A stretch of DNA of 63,070 nt, the filler included. It is 9 parts of 9 records of this genome, joined end to end, with 100 filler letters (N's around TTAATTAATTAA, not from the genome) between each part and the next. Parts side by side here need not be neighbours in the genome. Positions count along the whole stretch, not along the records: positions 1 to 6,216 come from SRR31147125_19350; positions 6,317 to 13,602 come from SRR31147125_19357; 7 more parts are not named here. The stretch is one strand, 5' to 3'. The position numbers and the translations under genes are program-made. Below are positions 1-11,000 of this stretch, one piece after another. The notes below the pieces were generated by a model. It was given only the letters and a program-made list of their open reading frames with translations, made no database searches and was not told the origin of the DNA. The stretch's first letter is position 1. The number at the start of each line of letters is the position of its first letter.

Positions 1-2
1 GC

Positions 3-2606
3 CAAGCATCCCTGTCAACTAGTGCTGAACCTTTATATGTTGTGGATGGATTTCCAATTGATGGTGACCTACGAAATATTAATCCTGAACAAATTGAAAG
101 TATTTCAGTATTGAAAGATGCTGCATCTACTTCCATTTATGGTTCAAGAGCTTCTAATGGAGTTGTTCTGGTTACTACCAAAACAGCAAAAGAAGGAACT
201 CAGATTTCTTTATCTGCATATTATGGATTTCAACAGGTGCCTCAATATGTACGTCCGGAATTAATGAATGCACGTGAATTTCGTGATTTTAAGGTACATT
301 ATTATGAAGATCATGGATTAACTACACCAGCAGCAGGACTGGCCTTTATTCAATATCAAACATTTTTGAATTACGATTTTTCAGAAGAAAATGGTGGAGA
401 GGAAGGAACTAATTGGTATGATTTAATGCTTCGAACAGCTCCTATGCAAAATTATGATCTAACCTTATCAACTAAAAAAGAAAATATAAGCGCAGTAACA
501 ACGATAGGAATTATGGATCAGGATGGAGTTGTAATTAATTCTGATTATCAGCGATTTTCACTTCGATCCAATATTGAATATAAAATTAATGAAAAATTAA
601 AGGCTGGGTTAAATATTGCTCCAACTTATATAAATTCTTCAGAAATTGCAACAACAGATGGATTATTATATTTTGGGTCTGTGTTGAATAATGCAAAGAA
701 CATGTTTCCAACAAGTCCTGCCTACAATCCCGATGGTACTCTAACAACTTTTGTCAATGATTTTGTTACTCAAGGTGGTTTTAGTACAGGCAACTGGATT
801 AATACTGCAGAAAATCTTATTCAGGAAAGAAAAAGTCTTTCAGGATTAACAAATGGTTACCTTATTTTCGAACCTGTTGAAGGACTTACTTTGAAATCAG
901 CAATGAACCTTCAGTTCGATTATACAAACAGTAAAACAGTTAAACCTACTAATGTTGGAGTAGCAAGCTTTTTTGCTGCTATACCGGGATTATCAACTGG
1001 AACTTTTAGTGATAGTAATATGAAAGTGTGGTTATGGGAAAATACTGCCAATTATAAAAAATCGCTTGGTGAACATAATGTTGAATTTTTATTTGGATAT
1101 TCATCGCAGGATTATAGATATGAGTATGCTACTATTGGACTTGAAGATTTTGCTGATGACAGAGTACCAACCTGGCAATCGGCCAAAACAGTTACCGATC
1201 GATCCAGCGATGTTCAAACATGGAGTCTAGTATCACTTATATCAAGGTTAAATTACAATTATAAGAACAAATATTTACTAACTGCTTCATGGAGACGTGA
1301 TGGTTCCTCAAGGTTTGGTGCAGATAAACGTTGGGCAAGTTTTCCATCTGTTTCAGCAGGATGGGTTTTGTCAGAGGAAAATTTTTTTCCAAGATCAGAG
1401 GCTTTGAACTTCATAAAAATCCGCGGAGGTTATGGTGTTGTGGGTAATAACAATATTGGAAATTATGCTTCCTATGCAGCAGTTTCAACAACTGAAACAG
1501 CTATTTTTGATAATATAATTTATGCAGGTGCTGCATTGACTTCAATGGAAAATCGCCAACTCACATGGGAGCAAAATGAAGAAGTTGACTTGGGAATAGA
1601 TTTTGGGTTATGGAATAATCGGATTAACTTATCTTACGATTTTTACACTAAACGAACAAAAAGTTTATTATATGACATTGAAATCCCAACTGAATCCGGA
1701 TTTAATTCCTTCCTTGGCAACCTGGGAGAATTGAAATTCTGGGGTCATGAATTTGTGCTCAATACCAAAAACTTTGTTGGTGAATTCCAGTGGAACACAA
1801 ATTTCAATATTTCTTTTACCGATAATAAAGTTATTTCTCTCGATCAGGTTGAGCAAATTTATTCAGGAGCTCCAGGGCTTTTCCCAAGTACATTAACACG
1901 TGTTGGTGAGAGAATCGGACAATTTTATGGATTAAAACTCCTTGGATATTATGAGAGTCAGGAAGATTTGGACAATTCTCCACATATGGCTGATTCTGGA
2001 GTAGGAAATGCAAAGTTTGAAGACATAAATGGTGATGGAGAAATTTCATTTAGTGGTGATGATGATGACCGTACTTTTATTGGAGATCCAACGCCTTTGT
2101 TCGTATTTGGTTTAAGCAATGACTTTGCCTATAAGAATTTTGATTTGGGTATTTCTATTTCAGGGTCATATGGCAACGATATTTTTACGTTTTATGAACA
2201 ACAAAATGCAAACCTTGATGGTGTTTACAATTTATACAAAGAGGCAGTGAACCACTGGAGACCAGGAATTGAACAAGGAACAGCAACTTATGGTGCAACT
2301 ACTGGTGCAACATATCATGAACGTGATTATTGGAGTACAAAATTTGTTGAGGATGGTAGCTATCTGTCTATCAAGAATGTAACATTTGGATATACTTTAC
2401 CTGTAAATACAATTAAATATATTAAATCACTTAGATTATATGCTAGTGTTCAGCAATTATACACTTTTACAAAATATACAGGAGTGAATCCGGAGGTAGG
2501 TACTAGTTTAACAGGAACTTCGGCAACCTCATTGAATTTGGGTATTGACTATGGAACCTATCCAGTTCCAAGGACTTTTACGTTTGGTGTCAACATTAAT
2601 TTATAA
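3..2606 (+). CDS. susC: SusC/RagA-family TonB-dependent outer membrane transporter (5' partial)
   Basis: Plug motif INPEQIESISVLKDAASTSIYGSRASNGVVLVTTK; RRDGSSRFG; C-terminal YPVPRTFTFGVNINL; directly followed by a SusD gene. Confidence 0.95.
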   Translation, partial: QASLSTSAEPLYVVDGFPIDGDLRNINPEQIESISVLKDAASTSIYGSRASNGVVLVTTKTAKEGTQISLSAYYGFQQVPQYVRPELMNAREFRDFKVHYYEDHGLTTPAAGLAFIQYQTFLNYDFSEENGGEEGTNWYDLMLRTAPMQNYDLTLSTKKENISAVTTIGIMDQDGVVINSDYQRFSLRSNIEYKINEKLKAGLNIAPTYINSSEIATTDGLLYFGSVLNNAKNMFPTSPAYNPDGTLTTFVNDFVTQGGFSTGNWINTAENLIQERKSLSGLTNGYLIFEPVEGLTLKSAMNLQFDYTNSKTVKPTNVGVASFFAAIPGLSTGTFSDSNMKVWLWENTANYKKSLGEHNVEFLFGYSSQDYRYEYATIGLEDFADDRVPTWQSAKTVTDRSSDVQTWSLVSLISRLNYNYKNKYLLTASWRRDGSSRFGADKRWASFPSVSAGWVLSEENFFPRSEALNFIKIRGGYGVVGNNNIGNYASYAAVSTTETAIFDNIIYAGAALTSMENRQLTWEQNEEVDLGIDFGLWNNRINLSYDFYTKRTKSLLYDIEIPTESGFNSFLGNLGELKFWGHEFVLNTKNFVGEFQWNTNFNISFTDNKVISLDQVEQIYSGAPGLFPSTLTRVGERIGQFYGLKLLGYYESQEDLDNSPHMADSGVGNAKFEDINGDGEISFSGDDDDRTFIGDPTPLFVFGLSNDFAYKNFDLGISISGSYGNDIFTFYEQQNANLDGVYNLYKEAVNHWRPGIEQGTATYGATTGATYHERDYWSTKFVEDGSYLSIKNVTFGYTLPVNTIKYIKSLRLYASVQQLYTFTKYTGVNPEVGTSLTGTSATSLNLGIDYGTYPVPRTFTFGVNINL

Positions 2607-2634
2607 TAATTAGGTCATTTTAAATTAAACAACA

Positions 2635-4125
2635 ATGAAATACATTAAAATAATAATAGTAGTTATTTTGTTTTTGAGCTATACCTCATGTACGGAAGAT
2701 TTTCTGCTGAAGGAATCTGAGACTTTTCTTACAGCTAATACATTTTATAAAACAGAAGCCGACTTTGAAGCTGCAATTAATGGAGCATATGCACCTCTTC
2801 GTGAAATAAATAATAGCACTGGTGAAATTATAATGAGTGAATGCCATTCTGATAATTCACGATATTACTATAATACTGCAAATAGAGGAGCTATCGATTT
2901 TGAACAAATTTGTGATTTTGTTCCAACATCCACATCAAGAGTTTTAAATACTGTTTGGCCAAATTACTACTTAATTATAGCAAGGGCTAATCAAATTTTA
3001 GCCCTTATTGATGAAGCAGAGATTGCTGATGAAGTGAAATCAAATGTAAAAGGACAGGCATTATTTCTTCGTGCATTTAGCTACAATCGTTTGACAACCT
3101 ATTTTGGAGATATTCCATTACATTTAACTCCTGTTACAACAAAAGAAGAAGCTGCTTTGCCAAAAACTGAAGCCGCAGTTGTTTATGATCAGATTGTTCA
3201 GGATTTAATAGATGCCATTAGTTTATTGCCAGTGAAAAGTGCGCAAAGTCCGGTTGGGAAAATTACAAAAGGTGCTGCTAATACTTTACTAGGAAATGTG
3301 TACATGATTTTAAAAGATTATAGTAAAGCACAAGATCAATTTTTAGCAGTTATTAACTCAGATGAATATCAATTGGTAAGTGATTATGCGAGTGTTTTTG
3401 ATCCGGCAAATAAGAATAATGAGGAATCAATTTTCGAAGTTCAATTTCTGGAAAGTTCAGAAGGGTATGAAAGTAATTTTATTTTCGGATGGCTGCCACA
3501 ACCAATAAATGCTGAAGAAGTTACACGTATAACAAATGTGTCGAATGCTACAGCTCTTGGATTTGTTGGATTTAATATACCAACTCCTGATTTAATAGAA
3601 GCTTATGAACCAAATGATTTAAGGAAAGCAGCATCAATTGATACATGCATCATGTCGTCAGGAGTAAAAGCTCCATATGCCAAAAAATTTGCACATACAT
3701 ATGCATTGGCACCAATTGCCAGTGATAACTGGCCGGTATATCGTTATGCTGAAGTACTTTTATTTATGGCAGAAGCTATTAATGAACAGGGAGGAAGCAT
3801 ATCAGACGCTACAGCTTATTTAAATATGGTACGTAACAGGGCTGGATTGAATGATACAACAGCAGGTAATCAGGCAGATCTTCGTAATGCAATCTACAAA
3901 GAAAGAAGAGTTGAACTTGCTTTGGAAGGTAAGAGATGGTTTGATTTGTTAAGAACTGATAGAGCAATTGAAGTTATGACCACATTTGGACAAAAAGTAA
4001 GAGCAAATCCACAGAGATATTATTTTCCGGTTGGATTTGATATAACAAATAGTACGATTTATAATACTATAGATTTGAATTTTGATATTCCTGATTCAGA
4101 ATCATTGATTTCTCCATACCTATAG
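2635..4125 (+). CDS. susD: SusD/RagB-family lipoprotein
   Basis: Lipoprotein signal (YTSC); motifs YRYAEVLLFMAEA, LNMVRNRAGL, ERRVELALEGKRWFDLLR. Confidence 0.95.
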   Translation: MKYIKIIIVVILFLSYTSCTEDFLLKESETFLTANTFYKTEADFEAAINGAYAPLREINNSTGEIIMSECHSDNSRYYYNTANRGAIDFEQICDFVPTSTSRVLNTVWPNYYLIIARANQILALIDEAEIADEVKSNVKGQALFLRAFSYNRLTTYFGDIPLHLTPVTTKEEAALPKTEAAVVYDQIVQDLIDAISLLPVKSAQSPVGKITKGAANTLLGNVYMILKDYSKAQDQFLAVINSDEYQLVSDYASVFDPANKNNEESIFEVQFLESSEGYESNFIFGWLPQPINAEEVTRITNVSNATALGFVGFNIPTPDLIEAYEPNDLRKAASIDTCIMSSGVKAPYAKKFAHTYALAPIASDNWPVYRYAEVLLFMAEAINEQGGSISDATAYLNMVRNRAGLNDTTAGNQADLRNAIYKERRVELALEGKRWFDLLRTDRAIEVMTTFGQKVRANPQRYYFPVGFDITNSTIYNTIDLNFDIPDSESLISPYL

Positions 4126-4184
4126 AATTAATGATTTGAGTATAGTTTAGATTTTAGTTTTGATAAATGACCTTAATTGGTTAG

Positions 4185-4216
4185 AAACCGGTGGTTAATT
4201 TATTTACCACCGGTTT
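4185..4216 (+). terminator. stem-loop after susD
   Basis: AAACCGGTGGT-N10-ACCACCGGTTT, perfect 11-bp stem. Confidence 0.6.
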
Positions 4217-4267
4217 AATGTTGTTTAATTCGGTGTATTAATAAATATGTTTTAACATTTTAGAGAT

Positions 4268-6216
4268 ATGAAAAAATTAAATATTTTGTTTATAAGAAAA
4301 ATAATGTACGCATTTGCATGTATATTTTTTGTAATAATCCTTCTTGCGTGTAATCTAAATATTGTATCTGAAGAAGAAAATTCAGTAAAACTTGAACAAG
4401 AATTTATTACCCCTCCTAATTCAGCCCAACCAAGAGTTTGGTGGCACTGGATGAATGGGAATATTACAAAAGAAGGAATAAAAGCAGATTTGGAGTGGAT
4501 GAAACGTATTGGAATAGGCGGCTTTCAAAACTTTGATGCAGCAGTAATGACTCCTCAAATAATAGATAATCGTTTAGTTTATATGACCCCGGAGTGGAAG
4601 GATGCTTTTAAATATACAACTCATCTGGCTGATTCTTTAGGATTGGAAATGGCAATTGCTGGTTCTCCCGGGTGGAGCGAAAGTGGCGTCATGGGTAAAA
4701 CCATCTGAGGGTATGAAAAAATTAGTATGGAGTAAAATACGCATTGAAGGGGAAAAAACTTTTAATGGTATTCTGCCTCAACCGCCTTCAATTTCAGGAC
4801 CATTTCAAAATATTGGTAAAGAGGAAGGTGTATCTATGACAGGATTAGATCCCGTTCATGTACCTGATTACTACTCAGATGCAGTTGTTGTTGCTTTTCG
4901 TGTACCCGAACAAGATATTTTATTAAAAGACTTGTATCCCAAAGTAACTTCAAGCGGGGGAAGATTTAATTTGGAAGAGCTTACAGATGATGACCTTGCA
5001 AAAACAACTTTATTACCAGCAACTAAAGTTGGGGAAAATGCATGGATTCAGTTTGAATTTGATAAACCACAAACTTTTCGCGCACTTTCAATTGTTGGTG
5101 GCGGTTCAGGAGCTATTTTCAGAATGGGAAATGAACAAGACAATCGTACTTTAGAAGCCAGTGATGATGGAAAGATATTTTATAAAGTTGCAACTATACC
5201 AATGGGTGGTTTGCAACAGACAACAATAACGTTTAATCCCACTACTGCAAAGTATTTTCGAGTTACTTTTAAAACATTGCCATCTGGACCGGGAATAGGA
5301 AGTATTTTAGGTATGGGAGAGGGTAGCAACTCATCAGAACCACCAGGAACAGAAATCGCAGAAATACAACTCTTTAGCGGTCAACGTGTAAATCGCTTTG
5401 AAGAGAAGGCTGGATTTGCAACCACAGCTGAATTATATTCGCTTCATACTCCTGAATTTACAGATGTGATTAATGAGAGTAATGTTATTGATTTAACTTC
5501 TAAAATGAGTTCTGAAGGGACTTTAAACTGGACACCCCCTCAGGGGCAATGGGAAATAATTCGTTTTGGATATTCACTAACCGGACATCAGAATTCCCCT
5601 GCTTCACCTGAAGCAACAGGTCTGGAAGTTGATAAATTGAACGCAGACTATGTTGAAACATATTTTAATAATTACCTCGATCAATACCTCGATGCAACCG
5701 GTGGATTGATGGGTAAAAAAGGACTAAAATTTATTATAACAGATAGTTGGGAAGCAGGAACACAAAATTGGACAGACAATATGATGCTTGAGTTTAAGAA
5801 TCGACGCGGATATGATATTTTACCCTGGTTGCCGGTATTGACTGGCCAAGTAGTTAAAAGTTCTGAAGCCAGTGATAAATTCCTATGGGATTTTCGGAAA
5901 ACAATTGGAGAGTTGATTACGGAAAATCATTACGACAAACTTACTACTATTCTTGAAGAACGTGGAATGGGACGCTATTCTGAATCTCATGAAAGTATGC
6001 GTGCATTTGTAGGAGATGGCATGGAAGTTAAACGAAAAGCAGATATTCCAATGAGTGCAATATGGACACCCAGCTTTTTATTTGGGAATGCGAATAATGT
6101 TGCAACAGTTTTTCAGGCAGATGTACTTGAATCGGCATCTGTTTCTCATATTTACGGGAAAAAGTATGTTGCAGCTGAATCACTTACTGCCATTGGAAAT
6201 ACATGGGGCTATTCCC
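4268..6216 (+). CDS. GH106-family alpha-L-rhamnosidase-like glycoside hydrolase (frameshift near 4688, 3' partial)
   Basis: PRVWWHWMNGNITKEGIKADLEWMKRIGIGG and GSPGWSESG in ORF 4268 continue as WVKPSEGMKKLVWS...GLEVDKL...DSWEAG in ORF 4656. Confidence 0.85.
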
Positions 6217-6316
6217 NNNNNNNNNNNNNNNNNNNNNNNNNNNNNNNNNNNNNNNNNNNNTTAATTAATTAANNNNNNNNNNNNNNNNNNNNNNNNNNNN
6301 NNNNNNNNNNNNNNNN
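6217..6316. other. artificial contig linker
   Basis: N44-TTAATTAATTAA-N44 (stops in all six frames). Confidence 0.99.
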
Positions 6317-7283
6317 TTTTTAAGATTTTCCAATCGAATATATAGTGATTACTTGTGACTAATAAATCTGAGCGTTCGATTGCTCCTTCTTTCTCGGTTT
6401 TATATATTAAATCACCCGTTTTTTCTCCTACCACTTCAAGGTCGTAAACAAATCCACCGACGACCCCGCTATTCATATATTGGCTCCCTGCTCCAAATAC
6501 TGGTATAGCTGATTCCTTACAAATATTATACGCTACCTCGACAGGAATAAATTCATCCCCATTTACATCAGCCGACAATATTATATAGTAAGCAGCAGAA
6601 TTGCTGTCCGCATTTTTAAGAACATCAATCATCTCTTTGTATGGAAGTTTGTTCAAATATATAAATCTTAAGCCCTCATATGCTCCTTCAAATTCACGTA
6701 CTTTTTCTAAAATCATCCTTTCATATGCGCTATCACCCAGTAAAAAATAAATATTATCCACATCAGGCAACAAACTTAATATTAAATCTACATTTGCTCC
6801 AATTCTGAGTTGATCCTCTTGAACCACTGGATATAAATTATCTGGCAAGATGGTCTTTAAAGATGAAGCTTGGCTTTCCATGAAAAAAATATGTGTTTCA
6901 GGGAATAACTCGCTCCCATATTTAACTAAAAAAGGCTTAGCTTGAGGTATCGCAACTATATAATCTGGTTTGTTTTTTCCACTGTATTTATATCTAAAAT
7001 ACTCTGCTATAGACTCTAGATATTGATCGTCATGAGAAAAGCATCCAATATTCAAGTCTTCATACGAATAAACAACATCTTGCATCCCATTTTTAATCAA
7101 ACTTTGTTTGACGCCTTGCTCATACATTGCACTTCCAGGGAAATCTTTTGTATAAGGATTCAAAACTAAAACATGAGTTTCTGGCGTATCTGATTCCGCA
7201 AAAGCAGTACTGCTACTAAATATAAAAATAAAAATGATTGTTATAAATATTGTTAGTTTAGAAAAATTATTAATTCGGATCAC
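6317..7283 (-). CDS. extracellular ABC-substrate-binding-like sensor domain, probably the N-terminus of a histidine kinase or diguanylate cyclase (3' partial)
   Basis: Signal peptide; HVLVLNPY, KYSGKNKPDYIV and PVFG...GVVGGFV pattern typical of this sensor domain; runs into the linker. Confidence 0.65.
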
Positions 7284-7540
7284 CTCACTCTAGTTTATTT
7301 TACCAACAATGCTCTTTACCAGTCAATTAAAAATTATTATATCAACCTTCTTCTATTGTAACTTCATAAACTAGTTATGCTTGTATTCATAGAAGTGGTG
7401 AAATATGAATTATAAAAATATATGCAGTTAAACCGATTCAAATATTTTTACACAAGTATAAAAAGACTGAGAATCCCAGCTTGCAATCATCACTCTAATC
7501 ATTCTACCTCTAACAATTTACCAAATCAATAAACCAATAT

Positions 7541-7570
7541 AAAAAAAGCTAGCGAAACAATCCACTAGCT
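7541..7570 (-). terminator. intrinsic terminator-like hairpin
   Basis: AGCTAG...CTAGCT stem followed by a T-run on the minus strand. Confidence 0.5.
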
Positions 7571-7591
7571 CCTTAATCATCATTCAATCTT

Positions 7592-7648
7592 CAACCTGCA
7601 ATCCATCAGGCTTACTCCCGCTCGATAATATAATCTGTATTTGTGGTG
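7592..7648 (-). mobile_element. att-like direct repeat copy 1 (degenerate guaA 3' end)
   Basis: 7612-7626 reads ATC GAG CGG GAG TAA on the minus strand; flanks align with 13533-13600. Confidence 0.6.
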
Positions 7649-7724
7649 TTTCCTCATTTTTCTAGTGCATTTTATGACGTTTTATCTCCGTGTTTTCCCT
7701 GTTCTCTGTATTTGCTCATTTTTT

Positions 7725-7743
7725 TAGTATCAAAATAGTATCA
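7725..7743. repeat. tandem direct repeat resembling an integrase arm-type site
   Basis: TAGTATCA-AAA-TAGTATCA, 11-bp period, about 100 bp from the att-like core. Confidence 0.45.
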
Positions 7744-8071
7744 GGCAGGCTTCCTTATCCTTGTCACACAGCGCAATTTTGCCATTATACGGTTATAATC
7801 TATGGCAATATAATCATCCCTTTGCTTAGCCTAGCGGCCAAAGTTTAAAAGCCATGAAAACAGGCAAAATCCAAAAAACCAACCGTTCATCTGTCAAAAT
7901 CGACCGTTCAGCGCTATTCGTTTGACTTCCCTTTTTATAAAGCAATACAATCAATAATATATGTAGTATATGACATAATTTCCTTACAGCATATTTTTGG
8001 CTACAAAACAAAAAATCTATATCAATTAGCGGAGAAAAACCTTTAAAAAACATCTTTTTATATTTACAATC

Positions 8072-11000
8072 TTGCTTATTTGCACAATCATTATTGTGCC
8101 AAAAACAGCCCATGCAGATTCGTCTGATGGTTTCTCATATTACGATAACGGCGACGGCACTTGTACAATTAGTTCTTATAGTGGTTCTAAAGTTTATCTC
8201 ACCATACCAGAAACACTTGGCGGTCTTACCGTTACGCATATTGCCGATGAAGCTTTCTATCACAATATGACCCTCTTCAAAGTCACTCTGCCTGATTCCC
8301 TGATATTTGTTGGCAATCGCGCCTTTTTAACGATGTATCTTCATTCGGTTGATTTTGGTGACGACGTTGAATATATTGGTAATAATGCATTCGATGCAGA
8401 CTTTCTTTCTGTAGATAGTCTTCCAGATTCTTTGACTTATATTGGTGATACCGCTTTTACTCATTACTTTTATCTACCATACGGAACCGGCGAATGGTAT
8501 CAGTTTAATGGAAATTCAAGCAACAAAACAGGAAACGTCTATTCCGGAGGCGATTCGGTAACATATTACTACGGCTATGCACTGAATGATTATACAGTCG
8601 TCAGGAATACAGATTCTGACTTAACCATTACGCAATACATTGGTGACGACACCACACTCGATATACCGAAAACCTTGACAGGTTTGTGGATTTCCTATAT
8701 CCAAGAGGACGCTTTCGCCTCAAAAAACCTAACCTCTGTATCCCTTCGTTCAGGTTTTAATTATATCCAATATATTGGAGCCGGCGCTTTTGCAAACAAC
8801 AACATTAGTTCCATCACCCTAGCCGATAGCCTGCTCCAAATTGGGCTCGGTGCCTTTGCAGACAACAACACCGATACCTTTACCCTTTCTTCTGGCAATT
8901 GGTTGGTCTTTGACGAAAATGGCTATACTGGCGAAACCGCTTCTGGCGGCGACAAGGTATCAGTTGACTTTGGATATACTCAAATAGACAACAACAAACC
9001 AGCACGAAGCGCATCTGCTACAGCCTCAGAAACGATACTCATCACCGATACATATTCGGTCAATCTATCCAATATATTCAAAGACAATTATTACGACACC
9101 TTGACCTATCAAGTCAGCATCGATGGCGCAGACTATATCGACACAGATGAGGTTTTTTCTTTTGCACCATCCACGGTAAAAGACTATACATTAGTCTTTC
9201 GGGCTTTTGACTTCAAAGAGTACTCAGACGCAACCTATACGGTCACGTTGACCGCAAGACCCAACCCAACCAATTACCCAACCCTAAAATCCGGGATACC
9301 CACCGAAGTCAATGAATCCATCATAACCTATGACAAATCCGTCATAACGGCTGAATCTTTCGAACTTGATTTATCCAGTATTTTTGAAGATAGCAACGAC
9401 TATGACTTGAGTTATCAGGTCAGCATCGACGGCGCAAACTATAAAAATGCAAATGAATCATATGCTTTTACATCATCAACAACAGGCGAGTATACGCTAA
9501 TCTTCCGTGCCTATAATGGCGGAAACTATTCCACCGAAACCTATACGGTCAACCTTTCGGTTTTGTTAGGATGTACAGTCAGATACCTTGATGGCGATGC
9601 AACCTCTGGGTCTGTCCCTAAATCAGGTTATATCCGCTATGTCTCAGGCGAAGAAGTGACGGCTTTGGAGAATACAAATTCGCTCGCAAGGACAAAATAT
9701 ATATTTACCGGATGGAACACCAGCGCAGACGGAACTGGCACGCACTTTGATGCCGACGGAACCGACACCTTCACGATTTATTCCAATACAACCCTTTATC
9801 CCGAATTTAGCACCGCGATTATCACAAGCGGTGGGACTTATGATATTGCGGATATAGAAAATTTAGTTGCCAGCGGCATCCTTCGTATCGCAACCACAGA
9901 ACCCGTGACCTTAACCGGCACAGCCTCTGGCAGTGACAGCAACAACGGCGCTAACATCACATGCGATGAAGACGTTAATCTAACCCTTAGCGACTTCACC
10001 AATGAATCGTCAAGGTATGCCCTCCAATTTAGCGGCGCAGGAAATACGCTTATGCTGGAAGGCAACAACACCTTATCTTCAAAAGATGGATTTCCGGGTA
10101 TTCAAGTTCTTGATAACGTTGAATTGACCATTGATTCCGACTCGGATGGCACGCTAACCGCTTCTGCCCTCAGTAATAATGCGGCGGGTATCGGCGGCGG
10201 ATATAAAGGAAGCAGCGGCAGTATTACGATTAACGGCGGCATCATCAGCGCAACAGGTGGTGGTTCTTCGCCTGGCATCGGCGGTGGATATAAAGGAAGC
10301 ACCGGAAGCATCACCATTAACGGCGGCACAGTCAAAGCAACCGGCGGTGAAACCGCCGCTGGCATTGGTGGCGGAAACGGAAGCTCTAGCGGAACCATTA
10401 CCATCAATGGCGGCACGGTCAATGCAAGCGGAGGTTATAATGGTGCTGGTATCGGTGGTGGTTATGGTGAAAGCGGCAATAATATCACGATTAATGGTGG
10501 CACGATCAATGCAAATGGCGGCACTAATGGTGCTGGTATCGGTGGCGGTTCAGACGGAAATAGTGGAAATATAACGATTAATGGTGGCACGCTTGTTGTA
10601 GAGGGTGGATGGGGTGGCGCTGGTATCGGTGGCGGAAACGGCGGTGAAGGTGAGACCATCACAATTACCGATGGCAATATCACCACAACCGGTGGCGGTT
10701 ATGGTGCAGGCATTGGTGGCGGAGACTGCGGTGATTCCGGTGAAATTACCATATCTGGCGGAACTATTTTAGCAAATGGCGGTTATTCCAGTGCAGGTAT
10801 CGGCAGCTTCAAGTGGGGTGGTAATATCACGATTAGCGGCGGCGATATCACCGCAAACGGCGGTCAATATGGTGCCGGCATCGGATGCGGTGGTAATTAC
10901 TCTTTTGTTACGATTAGTGGCGGCAATATCACCGCCACAGGCGGCGAAAACGCTGCCGGTATTGGCGGCAACGATGGATATTATAGTGGCACCATCATCA

